Positions 8,944-18,679 of a stretch of 64,000 nucleotides of DNA are shown here, piece after piece. Position 1 is the stretch's first letter. Each line of letters starts with the position of its first letter. The stretch lies in assembly GCA_963722605.1 (NCBI GenBank), contig CAVRNO010000002.1, positions 1,760,178 through 1,824,177 on the forward strand. The letters run 5' to 3'. Below the pieces are notes generated by a model. The model was not told the DNA's origin. It was given only the letters and a program-made list of their open reading frames with translations, and searched no databases. The DNA comes from Candidatus Binataceae bacterium (lineage in GTDB: Bacteria; Desulfobacterota; Binatia; Binatales; Binataceae). The translations under genes and the position numbers were made by a program.

Positions 8944-10733
8944 AGCTGCTTACCCCGATGCAATGGCGGCTGTTCGGCTACCTGCGCCGATACCTGTTCC
9001 CGTACGTGCTCTTGCTTGGAATCGCGATGGGCGTGCTGTCGGCGGCGACCGGCGGGGTCCCAATTCTCGTGAAGTGGGTAGTCGACCTGGGCACTAGTCT
9101 CGGAACCGCTCATCAGTTCGATGCGCGCAGTGCCTTGAAGCTGCGTGAATATTCGCTGGTGCTCGCGGGATTATTTTTGCTCCGAGCGCTCGGCAATTTT
9201 TCCGACGACTACTTGAGCGCATACATCGCCCAGAAGCTGACGATGGACATCCGGGCGGATCTGAACGAGAGCCTGCAACGCCAATCGCTGAGTTTCTTCA
9301 ATCGCACGCCGACGGGCGTGATGGTCTCGCGGGTAATCAGCGACGTGGGCCTGGTGATGTCGAGCCTGAGCAGCGGCTTGTTTTCGTTCGTCGCCGGCGG
9401 CATGTCGCTGGTCGCGTTGCTGCTGATCGCCTTTAAAATCGATTGGCAGCTCGCGATCATCGCGTTCGTCGGTTTTCCAGTCGTGGTGCTGCCGATCGTC
9501 GGTCTTTCCAAGAGAGTCCGCCGCGAAACCAAGAATCAGCAGAAACAATTGAGCGGTTTGCAGTCGCTGCTGGTTGAAACCTTCCAGGGAAACCGCGTGG
9601 TCAAGGCGTTCGGGATGGAAGATTACGAGCGCGCGCGTTTCAACCGCGAGCTCAAGCGGCTGTTCCGAATCTTCATGCGGGTGGCGCGGATCAAGGCCAT
9701 CACCGGACCGCTGATCGAGGCGATGGGGGCGTTCGCGGTCGTCGCGGTGGTTTGGTGGGCAGTGGGATCGCTGCAGGCGGGCACGCGCACGCTGGGTCAA
9801 TTCGCGGGTTTCTTTGCGGTTATGATTCTCGTGTACCCGCCGTTCAAAAGCGTCAGCAAGACCAACAACACTATCCAGCAGGGGCTGGCCGCGGCCGAGC
9901 GCGTCTTCGAGATGATGGATATGCCGAGCGATGTTCCCGACGATCCCGACGGAATCGAGCTGCGGCCCGGCCCGCACGGCGTTGCGTTCGAGAACGTCAG
10001 TTTCCGATACGGCGACGAATGGGTGCTGCACGATATCACCCTCGAGATCGGCGTTGGCAAGGTCGTAGCGCTGGTCGGGATGAGCGGCGGCGGCAAATCC
10101 ACGATGGCCGATCTGATTCCGCGCTTTTACGACGTGCAGCAAGGACGCGTCACGGTTGACGGCATCGATGTGCGCAAGCTGCGGCTCAAGTCGCTGCGCG
10201 CGGAAATCGGCCTGGTCACCCAGAGCACCTTTCTGTTCGACGACACGATTCGCGCCAATATCGCCTACGGCAGCAGCGACAAGCATCTCGAGCGCGTAAT
10301 CGCGGCAGCCAAGCTCGCCAACGCCCACGACTTCATCATGCGGCTGCCCAACGGTTACGAGACGATGGTGGGCGAGTTGGGCGTGCGCATGTCAGGCGGC
10401 GAGCGCCAGCGAATCGCGATCGCGCGCGCGCTGCTCAAGGACGCGCCGATTCTGATTCTCGACGAAGCAACCTCGTCGCTGGATTCGGCGGCCGAACGCT
10501 CCGTGCAGGAAGCGCTCGAGCACCTGATGGCGAACCGCACCACGCTGGTGATCGCGCATCGGCTGTCCACCGTGCGCCGGGCGGACCGGATCGTCGTGGT
10601 CGTTCACGGCCGGATAGTCGAAGATGGAACGCACGAGGAATTGTTTGCGCGCGGGCAGGAGTACCGAAAGCTCTACGACCTTCAATTCATGTCCCCCGAG
10701 GATTTGGCCGGTAATGGCGGCCTCGTCAACTGA
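8940..10733 (+). CDS. msbA: Lipid A export ABC transporter MsbA-like (fused permease and ATPase)
   Basis: Six-TM N-terminal half. Walker A GMSGGGKST, signature MSGGERQR, Walker B ILILDEATS. The ATG at 8940 overlaps the lpxB stop (ATGA). The longer ORF from 8634 overlaps lpxB and its extension is Arg/Gly-rich noise. Confidence 0.85.
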   Translation: MKLLTPMQWRLFGYLRRYLFPYVLLLGIAMGVLSAATGGVPILVKWVVDLGTSLGTAHQFDARSALKLREYSLVLAGLFLLRALGNFSDDYLSAYIAQKLTMDIRADLNESLQRQSLSFFNRTPTGVMVSRVISDVGLVMSSLSSGLFSFVAGGMSLVALLLIAFKIDWQLAIIAFVGFPVVVLPIVGLSKRVRRETKNQQKQLSGLQSLLVETFQGNRVVKAFGMEDYERARFNRELKRLFRIFMRVARIKAITGPLIEAMGAFAVVAVVWWAVGSLQAGTRTLGQFAGFFAVMILVYPPFKSVSKTNNTIQQGLAAAERVFEMMDMPSDVPDDPDGIELRPGPHGVAFENVSFRYGDEWVLHDITLEIGVGKVVALVGMSGGGKSTMADLIPRFYDVQQGRVTVDGIDVRKLRLKSLRAEIGLVTQSTFLFDDTIRANIAYGSSDKHLERVIAAAKLANAHDFIMRLPNGYETMVGELGVRMSGGERQRIAIARALLKDAPILILDEATSSLDSAAERSVQEALEHLMANRTTLVIAHRLSTVRRADRIVVVVHGRIVEDGTHEELFARGQEYRKLYDLQFMSPEDLAGNGGLVN

Positions 10734-10765
10734 CGCTCGCCGATCGTAAATTCGACTCGTCAAGT

Positions 10766-12055
10766 GTGCGGATCGGGCAGCCTTCGATGTTAACCGCGCT
10801 GTACAACTTGTTGTGGTATCCGGCGCTGCCGTTTGCGCTGCTCGCCGCGCATCCGGCCAGCATGCGCGACTTTCGCGAGCGGATGGGCCAGGGCGATTTT
10901 CCCGATACCGCGGGCGCACCGCGAATCTGGATTCATGCGGCTTCAGTCGGCGAGATCGAAGCGATTCGGCCGGTCGCCAACGGCCTGCTCGATCGCTATC
11001 CGGGCGCGGTCATCGCAATCACCGCGATGACCGCGGCGGGGCGTGAGGCGGCGATGCGCCGAATCCCGCGGGCGGCGGCGTGGATGCTCGCGCCGCTGGA
11101 CAATCGGCGCGCGGTGCGGTCCTTTCTGGAGCGCGTGCAGCCGGGCATCGTGCTGATCGCCGAGACTGAAATCTGGCCGAACTACTTCATCGAATCCGCG
11201 CGGTCGGGCGCGGCGATCGCGGTGGTCAACGGCCGGATGTCGGAGCGATCGTTGCGCCGCTACCTGCATGCGCGCAGTTTGTTTGAAGATGCGCTCGGAC
11301 GGGCTGCCTTGATTCTGACGCAGAGCCGCGAAGACGCGGATCGTTACGCGAAGTTCGATCTCGCGGCAAAAGTGGTGGTCACCGGCAATACCAAAATCGA
11401 AGCGGCGGGTTCGCAGGCGGCTAATGAAGAAACAATTCGCCCCGAGCTGATGGCGTTTGGATCCGGGCGGAAACTTTTTATCGCGGGATCGACCGCCGCC
11501 GGCGAGGACGCCGTGATTGCGGACGCTTATCGTGAACTGCGGATGAACTTTCCCGAGCTCGCACTGACGATCGCGCCGCGCCATCTCGAGCGCACGCCGG
11601 ACATCGAAAAGGCGCTGCATGCGGCCTCGCTCGACTACGTGAAGGCGTCGGAACTCGATTCACCCGGCGCGGCACAAGACGCAAACGTTTTGATCCTCGA
11701 CACCATGGGCGAGCTGCGCAGCTTCTATCGCCGCGGATCGATCGCGTTCGTCGGTGGCAGCCTCGCACCGGGACGCGGCGGGCAAAACCCGGCCGAGCCC
11801 GCGTTGGCCGGGGTCCCGGTCCTGATCGGTCCGTATCACGAGAACCAGCAGCAGCTAGTGTCGTCGCTGGTCAGTTCCGGCGGCGCACGAATCGTCAAGA
11901 ACGCACGCGACGTAATCAGCGAGACTTCGCAATGGCTAGCCGACGATCAGGCGCGACAGCGTGCGGGCCAACGCGCGCTCGCCACAGTGAGCGCGGAATC
12001 GGGCGGCGCACGGCTCGCCTTGAAGCAGCTCGAAGGGCTCATTAATCTCGGCTGA
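10766..12055 (+). CDS. waaA: 3-deoxy-D-manno-octulosonic acid (Kdo) transferase
   Basis: Contains IWIHAASVGEIEAIRPV and has a GT30-like length of 429 aa. Confidence 0.9.
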   Translation: MRIGQPSMLTALYNLLWYPALPFALLAAHPASMRDFRERMGQGDFPDTAGAPRIWIHAASVGEIEAIRPVANGLLDRYPGAVIAITAMTAAGREAAMRRIPRAAAWMLAPLDNRRAVRSFLERVQPGIVLIAETEIWPNYFIESARSGAAIAVVNGRMSERSLRRYLHARSLFEDALGRAALILTQSREDADRYAKFDLAAKVVVTGNTKIEAAGSQAANEETIRPELMAFGSGRKLFIAGSTAAGEDAVIADAYRELRMNFPELALTIAPRHLERTPDIEKALHAASLDYVKASELDSPGAAQDANVLILDTMGELRSFYRRGSIAFVGGSLAPGRGGQNPAEPALAGVPVLIGPYHENQQQLVSSLVSSGGARIVKNARDVISETSQWLADDQARQRAGQRALATVSAESGGARLALKQLEGLINLG

Positions 12056-12058
12056 CCG

Positions 12059-13177
12059 ATGCCCTCCAGCGAGCCGAGTCCGAATCGCCCACGAATCGAG
12101 CGATTGTGGCGGCGGGATCTTCCCGTTCCATTTCTTCCAATTTGGCTTCCGCTCGCGGCGGTGGCGGGATTCTACCGGGTCGGGGTCGCCGCGCGTCATC
12201 TGTACTGGCGGATGATGAAACGGCAGGCGCCGGTGATGACGGTAAGCGTTGGCAATCTGACCGTCGGCGGAAACGGCAAGACGCCATTCACGCTGTTTCT
12301 CGCCAGGCGCTTGCAGAGCCGCGGCTTGCGCGTCGGAATCGTGAGCCGGGGCTACCGGCGCCCGCGATCCAAAGCGCGCGCCGAGCTTGTGGCTGATGGC
12401 GGCGCCTTGAAAATCTCGCCGGAAGACGCAGGCGACGAACCGGCGATGATGGCAAAGTCGTTCACCGGTCCGATTGCGGTTGCGCGCCGGCGCATCGACG
12501 GCATCGAGCTGCTAAACAAACTCGGTCCGCTCGACGCGGTGATCCTGGATGACGGCTTTCAGCACGTGCGCTTGAATCGCGACGTGGATCTGGTGCTGGT
12601 GAGCAACGAGCGCGGCTTCGGCAATGGCTGGATGATCCCGGCGGGACCGATGCGCGAACCCATCCGCGCGGCCCGCCGCGCAGACGCGATCGTGGTGATG
12701 AACTTCGGAACCGGCGCGTCGGCGATTCGACCGTCGCAGATGAAAAAGCTCGCCGGGCGCAAGATACTTCACGCGTCGGTGCGGCCGCGCGCCTTTTTGG
12801 TCACCGAGAACGGGGTGTGGCGCGAAACTCCGCTCGGACTGGGGGGACGACGCGTGCTGGCGGTAAGCGGACTGGCGGATTCAAGCGGGTTCTACGCGAT
12901 GCTGCGTGAACTCGACGTGGACCTGGTCGGCGTTTTCGATTATCCGGACCATCACGCCTACACCAACGCTGACTGGCAGGCTATGGTCAATGCGATGCGC
13001 GACACCGACCTGGTCGTCACCACCGAGAAGGACCTGGTCAAGCTTGAGCGGTTTCCGTTCCCGCGCGATTCGCTATACGCTCTCAGGCTTGAAGTGACGA
13101 TGGATGCGGACGATGCGCGCGCGCTCGACGAGCTGATACTGAGCCGCATCACCGCGCGATCGGCGGCGGATGCATAG
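12059..13177 (+). CDS. lpxK: Tetraacyldisaccharide 4'-kinase LpxK
   Basis: P-loop VGNLTVGGNGKTPF. Follows waaA. Confidence 0.85.
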   Translation: MPSSEPSPNRPRIERLWRRDLPVPFLPIWLPLAAVAGFYRVGVAARHLYWRMMKRQAPVMTVSVGNLTVGGNGKTPFTLFLARRLQSRGLRVGIVSRGYRRPRSKARAELVADGGALKISPEDAGDEPAMMAKSFTGPIAVARRRIDGIELLNKLGPLDAVILDDGFQHVRLNRDVDLVLVSNERGFGNGWMIPAGPMREPIRAARRADAIVVMNFGTGASAIRPSQMKKLAGRKILHASVRPRAFLVTENGVWRETPLGLGGRRVLAVSGLADSSGFYAMLRELDVDLVGVFDYPDHHAYTNADWQAMVNAMRDTDLVVTTEKDLVKLERFPFPRDSLYALRLEVTMDADDARALDELILSRITARSAADA

Positions 13178-13210
13178 CAGACGAAAGCAAATGGCTGGAG
13201 GATTTCCGCG

Positions 13211-13381
13211 ATGGCGCTGAGTCAGGAATTGCTCGACATCCTAGCGTGCCCGAAATGCAAGGGCGACCTGCATCTCAACGACAAGCAGGACGGCCTGGTC
13301 TGCGGCGCTTGCAGACTCGAGTATCCGGTGCGCGACGACATTCCAATCATGCTGATCGAGGAAGCCAAGCCAATCGCGTGA
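13211..13381 (+). CDS. Trm112/YcaR (UPF0434) family small zinc-ribbon protein, 56 aa
   Basis: Hand translation: MALSQELLDILACPKCKGDLHLNDKQDGLVCGACRLEYPVRDDIPIMLIEEAKPIA. It is below the ORF-track length cutoff. The position after lpxK mirrors the lpxK-ycaR linkage known in enterobacteria. Confidence 0.7.
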   Translation: MALSQELLDILACPKCKGDLHLNDKQDGLVCGACRLEYPVRDDIPIMLIEEAKPIA

Positions 13382-13425
13382 AATCTCGGCGGCGCGCGGC
13401 CAGCCTGCCTGAAGCAACGAAAAAA

Positions 13426-14616
13426 ATGAAAACGAGCGAGGCGACGCGCGCCCGCCAGTTCGCATGGCTCGCGATGGGCATCTACATCGCCGGGCTCGGC
13501 ATCTCGGCAACGCTTCGGGCGCAGGGCGACTTCAACGTTTACTATCGCGCGGGCCATCGCGTGCTTCACGGCCTCGCGATCTATCCCCCCGCCGACTCCG
13601 ATCGATTTCTCTACGCGCCGGTTTTTGCCATCTTGTTCGCGCCGCTCGCCGCCCTCCCTCGCCATGTTGCGCAATTTGTTTTCTTCGTGGTCAACGCATT
13701 CTCGTTGATCGAATTGATCCTTGGCGCGGGCGTAATTCTGTTCGGCCGTGAGCGCCGATTGCCCGCCGCGCTGATCGTCGTCCCGGTGTTGCTGTCATTC
13801 CGGTTCATCGGCAACAACATCGAGCACGGCCAGATAAATCTTCCGACCCTGGCGTTGATTGTGTGGGTAATCATTTACGCCGGCGAGTCGCGCGACGGAT
13901 GGGCGGGCCTGATGCTTGCGGCGGCGATACTGATAAAGCCGTTCGCGGTGTTGGCCGCGCTTCATCTTGCGATTCGGCGGCGCTTCGGCGCGCTCGGATG
14001 GGCGGTGGCAGCGGGGATCGCGCTTGCCGTCGTGCCAATCGTGATCTTCGGGCCGCGCGGATGGGTCGATCAAACCGGCGCATACCTGAACGCGGTCGCT
14101 TCGATGACGAATCGATATCGCACGATGCTCACGAACCAGTCTGCCGTGTCGGCGGCCGCGCGCCTGATGAGCCTTCGCATTGGCGCCGGCGCGGAAACCT
14201 CGGCGGTTCCAACAATTGTTGGAATGGGCCTCGAAATAGTTTTGGTCGCGGCAGTGTCGCTCTGGGAAGCGATGAGCCGTGAGCGCGGAAATCTCACGAG
14301 CCACCTCGCGCTCTGCGGCCTGTTCTGCCTGATGCCCTCGATCGCGCCGATTTCGTGGAAAAGTTACTACGCGGCGATGCTCGTGCCGTACATGGCTCTG
14401 ACCGCGGCGCTTTGGACCGATCGAAACCGCGGCGAGCGCGCGCCCATTTCGGTGTGGACGCTGTTCGCGCTTTCCGTGTTGCTCAATCTTGCTCCGGGGA
14501 ATTATTTGAACCGGATCGCCCTCTTCTACTCCGCGCATTTCTTTTCGTCGTTGCTCACGCTCGCCGCCGTGTTCGCATTGTGGCTTCGAAACGGTAACGA
14601 GGCCGCCCAGGCGTGA
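13426..14616 (+). CDS. Polytopic membrane glycosyltransferase, DUF2029/GT87-like
   Basis: About 10 hydrophobic helices and the N-terminal motif QGDFNVYYRAG...FLYAPVFAILFAPLA. The start is taken at MKTSEATRA, because the upstream part of the ORF overlaps the Trm112-like gene. Confidence 0.55.
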   Translation: MKTSEATRARQFAWLAMGIYIAGLGISATLRAQGDFNVYYRAGHRVLHGLAIYPPADSDRFLYAPVFAILFAPLAALPRHVAQFVFFVVNAFSLIELILGAGVILFGRERRLPAALIVVPVLLSFRFIGNNIEHGQINLPTLALIVWVIIYAGESRDGWAGLMLAAAILIKPFAVLAALHLAIRRRFGALGWAVAAGIALAVVPIVIFGPRGWVDQTGAYLNAVASMTNRYRTMLTNQSAVSAAARLMSLRIGAGAETSAVPTIVGMGLEIVLVAAVSLWEAMSRERGNLTSHLALCGLFCLMPSIAPISWKSYYAAMLVPYMALTAALWTDRNRGERAPISVWTLFALSVLLNLAPGNYLNRIALFYSAHFFSSLLTLAAVFALWLRNGNEAAQA

Positions 14617-15356
14617 GAGCGCGCTCGAAAATGAATTGGCGCCGCGATCCGAACTTTTCGGCGTTCAGGATCGGACGCCGGGAGCTCGTGATCCGTCGCG
14701 ATATCGCCGGTCATGCCGCCGAGATCGTGCAAAAGCTCGACGAGCTTAAGTCGGCGGCGGATGCGGGCGCGGGAAATCGCCAGAGCGGATTTCGGCTGAA
14801 GCTGGCAGGCGGGCTCGAGATTTTCGCGCGCCGGGGGCGTCGCGGCGGAATGATCGGATCGATCCTCAGCGACGTTTACGTTGGCATCACGCCGCGCCCG
14901 TTGAATGAACTCGCCGTGGCGGTTGAAGCGATGCGGCGCAGAATTCCCGTGGCGGAACCGATGGGCGCCATGATCGAATGGATCGGCCCCGCTCTCTATC
15001 GCGGATTTTTTCTGACTCGTGCGCTGCGCGGGATGACGCTATGGGAGTTCGTGAAGACGGACGACGATCCGATCGTTCGCGGTCACGTTCTCGCGCAGGC
15101 GCGCGCAGCGATCGAGGCGATGCACGACAAGGGGCTGTTCCATGCCGACCTCAATCTGCACAACATCCTGGTGACGCAAACCGGCGAGAGCTTCAGCGTG
15201 ACCATTATCGACCTCGACAAGGCGCGGCTGTTCGATACGCCGTTGCCGGCAGCGATGCGCCGGGCGAACGCGGCGCGCTTGATACGGTCTGCGCGCAAGC
15301 TCGATCCGTCGGGGCAATATATCGACGCCGCGGCGCTCGCGATTCTGCTGGGGTGA
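14613..15356 (+). CDS. Kdo / lipopolysaccharide kinase family protein (InaA/KdkA-like)
   Basis: Kinase catalytic loop HADLNLHNILV and IIDLDKAR. Length about 245 aa. An ATG at 14631 is an alternative start. Confidence 0.6.
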   Translation: MRARSKMNWRRDPNFSAFRIGRRELVIRRDIAGHAAEIVQKLDELKSAADAGAGNRQSGFRLKLAGGLEIFARRGRRGGMIGSILSDVYVGITPRPLNELAVAVEAMRRRIPVAEPMGAMIEWIGPALYRGFFLTRALRGMTLWEFVKTDDDPIVRGHVLAQARAAIEAMHDKGLFHADLNLHNILVTQTGESFSVTIIDLDKARLFDTPLPAAMRRANAARLIRSARKLDPSGQYIDAAALAILLG

Positions 15357-15419
15357 CAGCGCGCGACAGCGGAGCGCGGCCTTAACACTGGCTACCCGTG
15401 CCAACGGGTGGGCGCGTGA

Positions 15420-15803
15420 CTATTCGCGCTTGAGCGCGATCGCCTCGATCTCGATTCGCGCGTTGCGCGGCAGCGCCGCCACCTGCACAGTCGAGCGCGC
15501 CGGATACGGCGGATCGAAATGCTCTCCGTACACCCGGTTGACGATCGCGAACTCGGCGAGATCGATCATGAAGATGGTGGTCTTGACCACATCGACGAAA
15601 TCGAGGCCTGCGGCAGCGAGCACCTCGCCGAGGTTCTGGAGCGCGCGCCGGGTCTCGAATTCGATACCGCCTTCGACCAGCACGCTCGACGCCGGGTCGA
15701 GACCGACCTGCCCCGAACAAAAAACCAAACCGTGTTGCTCGACCGCCTGCGAATACGGACCGATCGCGGCCGGCGCCTGCGTGGTGTGAATCGAGTTTTT
15801 CAT
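15420..15803 (-). CDS. ridA: RidA/YjgF family reactive-intermediate deaminase
   Basis: 127 aa with APAAIGPYSQAV...GQVGLDP...ARSTVQVAALPRNARIEIEAIA. Confidence 0.85.
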   Translation of the reverse strand: MKNSIHTTQAPAAIGPYSQAVEQHGLVFCSGQVGLDPASSVLVEGGIEFETRRALQNLGEVLAAAGLDFVDVVKTTIFMIDLAEFAIVNRVYGEHFDPPYPARSTVQVAALPRNARIEIEAIALKRE

Positions 15804-18016
15804 AAATTGCGATTGCCGTTGAGCTGGCCCAGGCGCGACACGCGCATGACGCCGTCGATCGCGCCGATCGAGTTCATCAGGTTGTTCAATTGGCGGGCGC
15901 TGGTCACGCTCACCTCGAAGACCGCCAGTGCGCGTCCGTCAGCGGCGTGAGTCTTCACTTCGGCGGTCGATATATTCACGCCCGCCGAGGCGATCGCCTT
16001 GCTCATCGCGGCGAGCAAGCCCGGCTGATCAGCGCATAGCACTTCGAGCCGAATCGACCGCGGCGCCTCCTCGCCGTCCTTCCATACCACCGGCACGCGC
16101 CGATCGGGGTCGGTGTTGAGCGCATGTGCGCATCCCGCGACGTGCACCGTAACCCCGCGTCCGCGCGTGATGAAGCCGGTGATCGCCTCGCCCGGGAGCG
16201 GATTGCAGCATCGCGCGAATCGCACCAGCATGTCGCCGACGCCCGAGACCACGACCGCGCTGCTGGCGGATTTGCGCGCTTCCTTGGCGGCGCGCTCTCT
16301 TTGCGCGGGCCCGAGCGGTGTTGGCGGTTTCTCGGGACGATAGAGTTTCAGCTCGGCGGGCGTCAGCAGTTTCGCGAGCAACTGCGCAGGCGTGATTATT
16401 CCGTAGCCGACCGCGGCCAGCAGGCTTTCGACGTCGCGCTGCGAGAATTCCGCCAGCACTGCGTCGAGGCGCTTGCTCGATTTAAGCTGCGTGACGCTGA
16501 GCTTGACCGGTTCGAGCTCGCGATCGAGCAGCGAGATTCCGAGATCGCGGGAGCGTTCCGCCTGTTGATTGCGCAGCCATTGGCGGATGCGCGATTTCGC
16601 GCGCGCGGTGGCCGCGTAGTTGGTCCAATCCTTGCCCGGCACCTGCTTGTCGGAGGTCAGCACCTCGATCGTATCGCCCGAACGAAGCCGGTAGCGCAGC
16701 GGCACCATCCGTCCGTTCACGCGCGCGCCGGCGAGATGGTTGCCGACCTGAGAATGGATCCGGTAGGCGAAATCGATCACGGTCGAGCCCAGCGGAAAAT
16801 CGAAGACGTCGCCCTTGGGGGTGAAGACGAAAACTTCCTCGGGAAACAGATCGTCCTTGACGGTGGCGAGAAATTCCTGAGGGTCCTTGAGATTCTGCTG
16901 CCATTCGATCAGCCGCCGCAACCATGCAAAGCGCTCGGTCTCCTTGAGCTCCCTGGAGTTGCCGTCCTTGTAGCTCCAGTGCGCCGCGATTCCCTCCTCG
17001 GCCACCTTGTGCATCTCGCGGGTGCGAATCTGCACTTCCATCCGCTGGCCGCGCGGACCGATCACGGTGGTGTGCAGCGACTGATACATGTTGGCCTTGG
17101 GCAGCGCGATGTAATCCTTGAAGCGGCCGGGCACCGGCTTCCAATTGGCGTGCACGACGCCGAGCGCCTCGTAACATTCGCGCAGCGTGTTCACGATGAT
17201 GCGGAACGCGACCAGGTCGTAGATTTCCTCGAAGCTGAGCCCCATCTCCTGCATCTTGGAGTGAATCGAAAAGAAATGTTTGGGCCGGCCGGTGACCTCG
17301 GCCGTGACCCCGTTGTCGGACAGGCGGCGCGACAGGATCTCGATGACGTTGGCGATGTACTCCTCGCGCTCTTTGCGTTTGGCGGCGACAAAGGCCTTCA
17401 GCGTCTGGTATGCGGTGGGATTGAGATAGCGAAACGCCAGATCCTCGAGCTCCGACTTGAGCCAGTAGATTCCGAGGCGATGAGCGATCGGAGCGTAAAT
17501 TTCCATCGTCTCGCGCGCGATCTCCTGCTGCCGGTCGGGCGCGAGATGGTCGAGCGTGCGCATATTGTGCAGCCGGTCGGCAAGCTTGATCAGCACGACG
17601 CGGATGTCGTGGGCCATCGCGATGATCATCTTGCGGAAATTCTCGGCCTGCTTTTCCTCGCGGCTCTGGAAGGTGACCTTCGAGACCTTGGTCACTCCGT
17701 CGACCAGTTGCGCGACCTCGGCGCCGAAAGCCGTCTGCACCTCCGCCAGCGAGGCGTGGGTATCCTCGACCACGTCGTGCAGCAAGCCGGTGACGATCGA
17801 AGGCACGTCGAGCTTGAGCTGAGCGATGATCATCGCGACGTTGAGCGGATGGGTGACGTAGGGCTCGCCCGATTCGCGCTTCTGTTCGAGATGCATCCGC
17901 GCCGAGTAGTCGTACGCGCGCCGGATGAGCCCGATGTCGGCCTGTGGATTGTAGCTCTGCACCCGCCCGATGAGGCCGGCGAGTTGGTCCGGATCGCTTT
18001 GCGCTAACTCTTCCAC
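15800..18016 (-). CDS. rel: Bifunctional (p)ppGpp synthetase/hydrolase (RelA/SpoT homolog)
   Basis: HD hydrolase motif (HPLNVA...LHDVVEDT), a synthetase domain, TGS and a C-terminal ACT-like region. 738 aa. Confidence 0.95.
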   Translation of the reverse strand: MEELAQSDPDQLAGLIGRVQSYNPQADIGLIRRAYDYSARMHLEQKRESGEPYVTHPLNVAMIIAQLKLDVPSIVTGLLHDVVEDTHASLAEVQTAFGAEVAQLVDGVTKVSKVTFQSREEKQAENFRKMIIAMAHDIRVVLIKLADRLHNMRTLDHLAPDRQQEIARETMEIYAPIAHRLGIYWLKSELEDLAFRYLNPTAYQTLKAFVAAKRKEREEYIANVIEILSRRLSDNGVTAEVTGRPKHFFSIHSKMQEMGLSFEEIYDLVAFRIIVNTLRECYEALGVVHANWKPVPGRFKDYIALPKANMYQSLHTTVIGPRGQRMEVQIRTREMHKVAEEGIAAHWSYKDGNSRELKETERFAWLRRLIEWQQNLKDPQEFLATVKDDLFPEEVFVFTPKGDVFDFPLGSTVIDFAYRIHSQVGNHLAGARVNGRMVPLRYRLRSGDTIEVLTSDKQVPGKDWTNYAATARAKSRIRQWLRNQQAERSRDLGISLLDRELEPVKLSVTQLKSSKRLDAVLAEFSQRDVESLLAAVGYGIITPAQLLAKLLTPAELKLYRPEKPPTPLGPAQRERAAKEARKSASSAVVVSGVGDMLVRFARCCNPLPGEAITGFITRGRGVTVHVAGCAHALNTDPDRRVPVVWKDGEEAPRSIRLEVLCADQPGLLAAMSKAIASAGVNISTAEVKTHAADGRALAVFEVSVTSARQLNNLMNSIGAIDGVMRVSRLGQLNGNRNL

Positions 18017-18648
18017 GGCGCGAATTCGCCGCGCAGGCGGCCGACCTTGAGCCGCTCTGCGTTTACGATCGTTTCCAGCCGCGCGACGGATTCATGAAGC
18101 TGGGCGTTGACTATCAGATAGTCGTATTCGGGATAGGCGCGGGCTTCGTCGCGCGCTTTGCGAAGCCGGTGCTGAATCTTCGATTCTTCCTCGGTGGCGC
18201 GCCCGCGCAGGCGCCCCTCGAGTTCGGCGAAGGTCGGCGGCAGAACAAAGATCGCGACCGCATCGCCGGGATATATCGCGCGAATCTGGCGCGCGCCCTG
18301 GATGTCGATGTCGAGCAGGATGTCCCGGCCCGAAGCGATTGCGGCGTCCAGCGGCGCGCGCGGCGTGCCGTATGAAGACTCGAACACCCGAGCCCATTCG
18401 GCGAATTCGCCCGACGCTTGCCTGCGTTTGAACTCTTCTTCGCTCACAAAGCTGTAATCGATTCCGTCCGCCTCGCCTCCGCGCGGCGCCCGCGTGGTCA
18501 AGGATACCGAAAACTCCAGCCCAGCGATGGCGTCGCGCGCGGCACGCGAAATCGTGGTCTTGCCGGCCCCCGAAGGCGCCGAAAGGATAAAAATTATACC
18601 GCGCCTGGGCGGCAAAGAATCACCTGATTTCAACGCTATAGAAGCCAT
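18004..18648 (-). CDS. gmk: Guanylate kinase
   Basis: P-loop SAPSGAGKTT and a guanylate kinase body. The 3' end overlaps the rel start, and there is no rpoZ between them. Confidence 0.9.
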   Translation of the reverse strand: MASIALKSGDSLPPRRGIIFILSAPSGAGKTTISRAARDAIAGLEFSVSLTTRAPRGGEADGIDYSFVSEEEFKRRQASGEFAEWARVFESSYGTPRAPLDAAIASGRDILLDIDIQGARQIRAIYPGDAVAIFVLPPTFAELEGRLRGRATEEESKIQHRLRKARDEARAYPEYDYLIVNAQLHESVARLETIVNAERLKVGRLRGEFAPWKS

Positions 18649-18679
18649 CGACCGGGTGCAAAGGCCCCTTTAGTATACC

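Noticed and set aside
16124-18007. Very long ORFs antisense to, or out of frame with, real genes. Examples are 16124-18007 opposite rel, 24148-25806 opposite the NHL gene, 46916-48997 opposite hyuA, 41013-42581 opposite yggS/proC, 55625-56812 opposite the sulfatase, and 9171-10328 opposite msbA.
   Set aside because: Their translations are Arg/Ala/Gly/Pro-rich with no recognisable motifs, while the opposite-strand genes have clear family signatures. Such open frames are expected by chance in high-GC DNA.
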